From a virus: DNA of 64,000 nt. The position numbers and the translations under genes are program-made. How positions within the stretch are numbered: the stretch's first letter is position 1; every line of letters starts with the position of its first letter. This document shows, piece by piece, positions 57,978 to 64,000 of the stretch. Location: positions 1-64,000 of IMG/VR virus record IMGVR_UViG_3300047510_003392; one strand, written 5' to 3'. Under the pieces are notes generated by a model. The model did not search any database, was not told the DNA's origin, and saw only the letters and a list, made by a program, of their open reading frames with translations.

Positions 57978-58676
57978 CTAAGGTTTAGTCACAGAATACA
58001 GAAATTTGTTTTTAAACCCAAAAAATTTAAATTCAGATTCTTGTACAAGATCTCTAGTGTGTATTATTTTTACATCAAACCCAGCAGAAACGAGTTTGTT
58101 AAAAAAATCTTGTTTTCCATACAACCTTACTCTGTTTACTTGTCCGTATAATTCTTTTCTTTGTTCCGGAGTATTTGCGCTTTCATGATATATGGTAGTA
58201 TCTCCTTTAGTTGGTATTACAAATATTCCGTTTCCTCCAACTTTCAGCGTTCTGAACATTTCGGAAATTGCGGCAGTATCGTTTTGTATATGTTCTAGTA
58301 CATGACTGCAATATATAAAATCAAAATAGTTATCTTCTATATCCAAACTTGTTAACGCCGAATGATCACAACCAAATTTAAGTTTTAAATCAATCGCGTG
58401 ATAGTTTCTCATTCCAATTTTTTTCAACAAAGGTTCGATGGAATCTTCAGGGCATATATGTAATATTTTTGCTCGCGGAAATAGCCATTTTTCTTGAGAT
58501 GTTATATATTTCCAAGAAAATCTGTGGCGTTCGAGTGAACCACATTTTGGACATTTAGCTTTTGGTCTGGGAGGATTTCCGTGAGGTATAAACTGTTTTA
58601 TTTTGCAATTGCAAATTGTGCAAAATCCTTTTGCGGTAGAGTCGTTTATAGCGTTTTTAATAAAAATTGGAGACAT
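57978..58676 (-). CDS. Class I SAM-dependent methyltransferase
   Basis: CPKCGSLERHR, ILHICPE, FDFIYCSHVLEHI, RTLKVGG, YGQ..RVRLYG. Confidence 0.82.
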   Translation of the reverse strand: MSPIFIKNAINDSTAKGFCTICNCKIKQFIPHGNPPRPKAKCPKCGSLERHRFSWKYITSQEKWLFPRAKILHICPEDSIEPLLKKIGMRNYHAIDLKLKFGCDHSALTSLDIEDNYFDFIYCSHVLEHIQNDTAAISEMFRTLKVGGNGIFVIPTKGDTTIYHESANTPEQRKELYGQVNRVRLYGKQDFFNKLVSAGFDVKIIHTRDLVQESEFKFFGFKNKFLYSVTKP

Positions 58677-58712
58677 ATATATACATATATACGAATTATA
58701 AAACTAATCAAG

Positions 58713-58748
58713 AAAAAAAAAGAGCAACCCGTCAGGTTGCTCTTTTTT
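58713..58748 (-). terminator. Intrinsic terminator
   Basis: aagagcaacc-cgtca-ggttgctctt flanked by A/T tracts. Confidence 0.75.
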
Positions 58749-58765
58749 GATAAATGGCTAAACTA

Positions 58766-59053
58766 TCAAGCCGCAGGAGTTGTTGCTGGGGTATTAGCTG
58801 CCTTGGCTGCCAAAATTTCTGCTTTCTTTTGAAGCTGGGCTGCTCTCTTTTGTGGATTGAATGCCGCCAACAATTGCGTCTTTGTTATGCTGTGCTGCGT
58901 CAGTAATGTTTTCAAATACGCGGCAGCTTCTTCCAAAGTTGCTTTATTGGCTTGTCGCTTTAGTTTTTTTGTTAGCGCAAGTCTTCCGCCACAAGTACCA
59001 GCGAGTAATAGTAGTTCTTCTTTAGTCATAGGTTCTAAAATTTGATTGTTCAA
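58766..59053 (-). CDS. Small basic hypothetical protein
   Basis: TTG at 59053 or ATG at 59029; TATTTATA upstream. Confidence 0.6.
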   Translation of the reverse strand: MNNQILEPMTKEELLLLAGTCGGRLALTKKLKRQANKATLEEAAAYLKTLLTQHSITKTQLLAAFNPQKRAAQLQKKAEILAAKAANTPATTPAA

Positions 59054-59143
59054 CTATAAATATAATTAAGAAGTACAAAATAGCCAAAAATTAAAGTATT
59101 TTATTTTTAATAGTCTAATAAACTATCGCACCATTGCTCTTGG

Positions 59144-59833
59144 TTATACGATACCCTGCGAGTGGTTTGTAAAAAATAATTCAACGCAATTTCTTATTTT
59201 TCTCGGCACATCAACCGCATAAATTTTTCCCATCTTATTATGGTCGTGTATCACCCATCTAACTAGACCATATTCGTTTATAATAACAACTCTGGGTATG
59301 AGTTTGAACATTTCTTGATGTGCTGCTTGATGTATCCAAAACTGTGGAGTTTTTTGACACACCGATATAAATCCCATTCCTGCACATCGCGTGGTGTTCA
59401 CCGCTTCCACCGGGTTCTCCGCGTCGGGAATATAATATTCCTTTTTGGATTTAAGATCATACTTGGTTCCTACAGCATATACAATAAACGACTCGTATTT
59501 ATCTTTGTTTTCTGAATACGTATTTTGTATTTTCTCTATGTATGTTGGACCCATATAATCGTCACAGTCTTGCCTTGTTTGAACATCAAATTTTATTGCA
59601 TTAGATTTTAATTCTCCCATTCTAGAAAATAATGAATAATTTTTTATTCCGTACTTCTCCAGTTCGGTTTTAATGAAAAATCTATGCATGTCTCGCACAC
59701 AAATAAGAAGATGAAAATTTTTATTTGTCTGCTGGTGCAAACTTGGAAAATATACACTCTTCATCAATTCAAAATAATTATTGAAGGCGATGTCGTCTTC
59801 TAAATTTATTCTCGTTATAATTGCGTGATTCAT
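59144..59833 (-). CDS. Putative glycosyltransferase (rhamnosyltransferase-like)
   Basis: HAIITR, FPSLHQQTNKNF, TRQDCDD. Confidence 0.65.
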   Translation of the reverse strand: MNHAIITRINLEDDIAFNNYFELMKSVYFPSLHQQTNKNFHLLICVRDMHRFFIKTELEKYGIKNYSLFSRMGELKSNAIKFDVQTRQDCDDYMGPTYIEKIQNTYSENKDKYESFIVYAVGTKYDLKSKKEYYIPDAENPVEAVNTTRCAGMGFISVCQKTPQFWIHQAAHQEMFKLIPRVVIINEYGLVRWVIHDHNKMGKIYAVDVPRKIRNCVELFFTNHSQGIV

Positions 59834-59856
59834 CGTAAAATATAATTATCCGATAT

Positions 59857-59946
59857 TGGCGGAAGAGGTGAGATTCGAACTCACGGTGACATTACTGCCA
59901 CGACGGTTTTCAAGACCGTTGCCTTAAACCACTCAGCCACTCTTCC
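59857..59946 (-). tRNA. tRNA-Ser(TGA)
   Basis: GGAAGAG/CTCTTCC-GCCA, loop CTTGAAA, long variable arm. Confidence 0.93.
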
Positions 59947-59956
59947 ATACAAATAA

Positions 59957-60706
59957 TTATATAACAATTGAAGTTTGCATATGTGCTTGAATATATATTT
60001 CTTCCGTCCATTCGTCAATGAAAATTTTATTATGAAGACCCATACCTTGCCGTATGTTGTTTTCGCACATTCTAGAATACGCTATTTTAGCTTTATCGAT
60101 ATGGTATGAATACGATAATCTCCTATAGTGAAGAAGTTTTAACACGTCCTCGCCATATTTTGATGGAATAACTTCTCCGACGGGGCTGGCATCATGACTG
60201 CCCGCAGACCATCGCATATCGGTTATTTTTTGTGGATTAAAAATTACATTTTTTGTATATGCAATAGACCGTTTTCCTCTTTTAACTTGGCGTGTAATAG
60301 GAAATTTTGGGTCCGGAAAATCGAGGGAAGCCATATCATATCCAACTACATTCGGATATGTTACCCGTTGGGCTTTAAATTGTAAAAGAATATCATATAT
60401 TTTTGGATGATACAACAACTCATCATTATCACACACAATCATCCAATCAAAATTTTCCGCACCATCTTTCCATGCGCTGTTTCTTATTTCTCCCAAAAGA
60501 ACGTCGTCTACGTATTGCCCGGTATCTTTTGACCACGTTTGTATTTTTGTTTTACCTTTTCCTAAATCTAAGGCAATTTCAACACTTCTATCCGAACTGT
60601 GGCCATCTATTATAAGAATTTCATCGACCCAAGGTTCGTAATGGTTGATGAAGAACGGCATAATCCGTTCTTCATCTTTGCATACTGTTACTACTTTTAT
60701 TTTCAT
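59957..60706 (-). CDS. Glycosyltransferase family 2-like (tandem copy 1)
   Basis: CKDEERIMPFF, DGHSSDRS, VCDNDELL. Confidence 0.8.
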   Translation of the reverse strand: MKIKVVTVCKDEERIMPFFINHYEPWVDEILIIDGHSSDRSVEIALDLGKGKTKIQTWSKDTGQYVDDVLLGEIRNSAWKDGAENFDWMIVCDNDELLYHPKIYDILLQFKAQRVTYPNVVGYDMASLDFPDPKFPITRQVKRGKRSIAYTKNVIFNPQKITDMRWSAGSHDASPVGEVIPSKYGEDVLKLLHYRRLSYSYHIDKAKIAYSRMCENNIRQGMGLHNKIFIDEWTEEIYIQAHMQTSIVI

Positions 60707-60735
60707 GCAATTTAGTCGCGACTCAATAAAAATAA

Positions 60736-61482
60736 TTATATAACAATTGAAGTTTTCGAATATTCTTGGACATATGTTTCTTCAGACCACTCAATAATTT
60801 CTTTGTAATGATGCCCCATATTATATCGTATGTTATTTTCGGACAGCTTAGAGTGCCTTATTTTAGCTTTATTAATATAATATGAATAAGACAATCTGCT
60901 ATAATGAAGAAGTTTTAACACATCGTCTCCATATTTTGGATAAATAATCTCCCCCACCGGTGCGCTGTTATGACTGCCCTCGCTCCACCCCATGCTTGAT
61001 ATTTTTTTTGGGTTGAATATTATATTTTTTGTATAATTGCGAGACCTTATTCCGGTTTTGATTTGGTCCACAATCGGTAAATTGCAATCTGGAAAATCCA
61101 GCGAAGCCATATCATATCCTACTACATTTGGTATCGTTATACCTCGTTTATTAAAATCTAGGAGCGTATCATATATTTTTGGATGATACAACAACTCATC
61201 GTTGTCGCAGACAACCATCCAATCAAAATTTTCTGCGCCATCTTTCCACGCAGTGTTTCGTATTTCTTGTAGAACAATATCATCTAAGTAATGTCCAGTA
61301 TCTTTTGACCACGTTTGTATTTTTGTTTTACCTTTTCCTAAATCTAAGGCAATTTCAACACTCTTATCTGTACTATACCGGTCGATTACAAGTATTTCGT
61401 CTACCCATGGTTCGTAATTTTTAATAAAAAACGGCATAATCCGTTCTTCATTTTTACACACCGTTACTACTTTGATTTTCAT
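60736..61482 (-). CDS. Glycosyltransferase family 2-like (tandem copy 2)
   Basis: Highly similar to 59957-60706 along whole length. Confidence 0.8.
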   Translation of the reverse strand: MKIKVVTVCKNEERIMPFFIKNYEPWVDEILVIDRYSTDKSVEIALDLGKGKTKIQTWSKDTGHYLDDIVLQEIRNTAWKDGAENFDWMVVCDNDELLYHPKIYDTLLDFNKRGITIPNVVGYDMASLDFPDCNLPIVDQIKTGIRSRNYTKNIIFNPKKISSMGWSEGSHNSAPVGEIIYPKYGDDVLKLLHYSRLSYSYYINKAKIRHSKLSENNIRYNMGHHYKEIIEWSEETYVQEYSKTSIVI

Positions 61483-61496
61483 ATAATTTATAAACT

Positions 61497-61588
61497 TGGC
61501 GGTGAGTATAGGATTTGAACCTATGGTAGGATTTTACTCCTACAACGCTTTAGCAAAGCGCCGCTATAGACCACTCAGCCAACTCACC
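61497..61588 (-). tRNA. tRNA-Ser(GCT)
   Basis: GGTGAGT/ACTCACC-GCCA, loop TTGCTAA, long variable arm. Confidence 0.93.
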
Positions 61589-61650
61589 ATATAACAAAAG
61601 AACCCTACGATATAAGTAGGGTTCTGTCAAGATTATAAATTTATTATATC

Positions 61651-62034
61651 TTATTTAGAAGTACTTACTTCTATAGCATCTAATGGCGTAGGTGCTGTTG
61701 TATAACCCGGCTTTTTTGTTTCTCTTGCTCTACAACAATCATCGCATTTGCAGGTAGTTGAACTGCCGCCGCCAACAAAAAATCCATATTCATGTTTTTC
61801 TGTGTTGGCAAAGATGCCAACTTCTTTTCTGCCACCAAGCAACAACAATCCGCATAGCAGAATAACAAGCAGTAGTATTACAACAGGAGTAATCTTTGTT
61901 TTACATCTGCCATCGCAATCTGGTTCAGACACAAACAATGATACAATAAATGCCCATATTGCCAAAATGACATTACGAACTGCACGAACAACACTGCCAA
62001 TTAATCCTAATATATAGTTTATTATAGTTTTCAT
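61651..62034 (-). CDS. Membrane protein with Cys-rich segments
   Basis: Two hydrophobic helices, CKCDDCC. Confidence 0.55.
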   Translation of the reverse strand: MKTIINYILGLIGSVVRAVRNVILAIWAFIVSLFVSEPDCDGRCKTKITPVVILLLVILLCGLLLLGGRKEVGIFANTEKHEYGFFVGGGSSTTCKCDDCCRARETKKPGYTTAPTPLDAIEVSTSK

Positions 62035-62046
62035 ATGTGTAAAAAG

Positions 62047-62757
62047 TTATATTCTACCACCTTGACTCATAATCCAGTTTTGTGCAACTCTATTTCGTGG
62101 TAGTATTTTTGCCCACGAGTTTATCTTTCCATACAACCCACTCGCAATAGTACCGGCATTAGCTGCTCTACTTTCGCTATTATCAATGATAATCATATTC
62201 TGCCCACCAAATAATCCTTGAAAATGACCTATATTACTTTGAACTTCTTGCCACATTTTTTCTACTTGTGTGGGAGGCAATGTACGAACTCGGTTTGCAT
62301 TTCTTTCTTGAGCAGTTTCCAAGTCTGTATTCACCATCACCATCATTGTATCATAACCAAACTGTTTTAGCCACGCATTTGTTTTTGATATTTTGTTATA
62401 ATCTTTACCCGTTCCATCTATTACAATACCAAGTCTTCCATCTACCCAATCTTCTTCTCTTTGGTATGTTAGTTCTTTTGCTCTGCCTCTAATTTGCTGC
62501 CCCTTTGGGGAATATATAGAATCTGGCGTCAGTGGCATTCCAGCTTTTTTCATCAATGTTTCATATACAATATCAGAATTCAATATTTTGAATCCCATAC
62601 CTTCAAATCCAATCTGTCTTACAATATAACTTTTACCAGAACCTGGTCCGCCTGCCATAAATACTGCCTTGAATATAATAGGATCATCTACACCTTCATT
62701 GATACCAAGGCTTTCGAGCATCAACTTTTTATGCTTTTCAAATGTGTTTATATCCAT
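62047..62757 (-). CDS. Zeta-toxin-like P-loop kinase
   Basis: KAVFMAGGPGSGKS, NSD, IVIDGT, VNTDLETAQERNANR. Confidence 0.78.
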   Translation of the reverse strand: MDINTFEKHKKLMLESLGINEGVDDPIIFKAVFMAGGPGSGKSYIVRQIGFEGMGFKILNSDIVYETLMKKAGMPLTPDSIYSPKGQQIRGRAKELTYQREEDWVDGRLGIVIDGTGKDYNKISKTNAWLKQFGYDTMMVMVNTDLETAQERNANRVRTLPPTQVEKMWQEVQSNIGHFQGLFGGQNMIIIDNSESRAANAGTIASGLYGKINSWAKILPRNRVAQNWIMSQGGRI

Positions 62758-62795
62758 ATCTTATTATAAGTATAAGGATATATACGAAGTAAACA

Positions 62796-63392
62796 CTATT
62801 TTTTCCACGCAAACCCGATACCAAGATCGTCTGCATCATTATCACAAGCATTTGGTGTTACATTCCAAATATCCAAATTTAGATTATTTATAAATTTATT
62901 TGGACCATAATGATACGCCGTGTCGTGAAACCCAACAATTCCAGCACCTGAAAGGTATTTTGTATATTCCCAGTCGTTTAGAACTTGATTGATGCTGTGG
63001 TTTCCATCTATGAATATAAAATCAAACTGCGTTATTCCGATTGAATTCGCATATTTCATCACAACATCAATATTGGATGAGTTTTCTCTGATGGTGTATA
63101 TGTTTTCATCCTTATTGTTCAAGAACGTCTTTTCCACAATATCAACGCCAAGATAAGCGGTTTCTTTCAGCTTGTTTTTTAGCAATATCTGTGTGAATGA
63201 ATCTTGACCGTTTCTGTTAACTCCAATTTCAAGGATTGACTTGCAATATGGCTTGACTCTTGAAAAATAACTAAGCAACGCAGCCTTGTTTCCCTCCGTA
63301 ATTTCGCGAGGGCAATTTTTTGTACAGCCGTCGATTTCATCAAACGGCGAATGAGTGCGTATATCAATTACTAAATCAGTGTTCCATTGCAT
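62796..63392 (-). CDS. Class I SAM methyltransferase (Methyltransf_24-like)
   Basis: ILEIGV, GVDI, FDFIFIDGNHS, GIVGFHD. Confidence 0.8.
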   Translation of the reverse strand: MQWNTDLVIDIRTHSPFDEIDGCTKNCPREITEGNKAALLSYFSRVKPYCKSILEIGVNRNGQDSFTQILLKNKLKETAYLGVDIVEKTFLNNKDENIYTIRENSSNIDVVMKYANSIGITQFDFIFIDGNHSINQVLNDWEYTKYLSGAGIVGFHDTAYHYGPNKFINNLNLDIWNVTPNACDNDADDLGIGFAWKK

Positions 63393-63436
63393 AATGTATA
63401 TCTATATTTTATTATAAATATACGTATATATAAAAA

Positions 63437-63604
63437 CTATTTATCTAATCTTGTGTATCTAGAATATACAGATTCTGGTACAGAGTTCTGTTTTAGGAAC
63501 TTATCTGCCATCTTAGCAATTTTTTTGTGGGATACTCCATCATAAAATGCATCAGATATTTCTTTGGCAGTTATTGGCTTTATGGACTTTTTCTTTTTTG
63601 GCAT
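63437..63604 (-). CDS. Small basic hypothetical protein (55 aa)
   Basis: Hand-read MPKKKKSIKPITAKEISDAFYDG...RLDK*. Confidence 0.5.
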   Translation of the reverse strand: MPKKKKSIKPITAKEISDAFYDGVSHKKIAKMADKFLKQNSVPESVYSRYTRLDK

Positions 63605-63607
63605 ATA

Positions 63608-64000
63608 TCACCGCACATAAAGTGCGTCTCCCCACCGACAATGGGTTATTTCGGTTTCTACTCTGGAAAATCCGAATGAGCTAAGATAATTGTCCATTTC
63701 ATGGATTAAACAGCAATTTTTATATAAAGGCTCTTCATTTACCTCGGAATATATGTATTTTATTGAGTCCATTATTTTTCCACAACCTTTTAGTGCCAAA
63801 AGTTCAGCACCCTGTATATCAAGGTTGATAAAATTTCTAGAACTAAATGATATATTATTTTCAGTAAATAATGTATCAAGTCTTTTGGTATTGAATTCTT
63901 TTACTTCGGTAACTTGTATTCCAGGATAGTAATCTTTATGTGTTCCAAATTCAAGAATTGAAGACGATTGCCCATTGTTTGTTATATAAAACTTTGTTGG
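63608..64000 (-). CDS. FkbM-family methyltransferase, partial (starts beyond window)
   Basis: NNGQSSSILE, FINLDIQGAELLALKG, YIYSEVN..PLY, WGDALY. Confidence 0.82.
   Translation of the reverse strand, partial: PTKFYITNNGQSSSILEFGTHKDYYPGIQVTEVKEFNTKRLDTLFTENNISFSSRNFINLDIQGAELLALKGCGKIMDSIKYIYSEVNEEPLYKNCCLIHEMDNYLSSFGFSRVETEITHCRWGDALYVR

Noticed and set aside
62047-62757. Epsilon/zeta toxin-antitoxin pair
   Set aside because: No antitoxin neighbour; this kinase type is common as a solo gene in large phages.
1-64000. Stop-codon reassignment
   Set aside because: Genes are full length in the standard code and no suppressor tRNA seen; tRNA-Leu(TAG/TAA) and Ser(TGA) are anticodons for sense codons.

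Overview
AT-rich, densely packed, mostly minus-strand segment of a large (jumbo-type) dsDNA tailed phage genome, read in standard genetic code. Host is inferred to be a Verrucomicrobium (Opitutales-like) from a VPEPSTYA PEP-CTERM protein, Opitutus-style Ig-domain proteins, porin and outer-membrane barrel. Contents: nucleotide metabolism and DNA genes (guaC, dut, dNMP kinase, PD-(D/E)XK exonuclease, gp62-like clamp-loader subunit, UvsE, DnaQ-like exonuclease); a ~19 kb glycan-biosynthesis cluster plus two smaller glycan/sulfation clusters; several free-standing homing-type endonucleases; a tmRNA and 8 tRNAs (two with long variable arms and CAT/TAT anticodons); tail/virion-type genes; and a suite of exported host-envelope proteins. 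Main highlights: (1) a phage-borne phosphorus-scavenging set (Pho-box-driven porin+pstS and a plcP-agt phospholipid-to-glycolipid remodelling pair); (2) a hidden small basic ORF plus conserved upstream DNA motif that heads two unrelated endonuclease genes; (3) unusual type-II tRNAs and a structured ~170 nt RNA candidate co-transcribed with tmRNA. All calls are by eye from motifs; no database searches were run.
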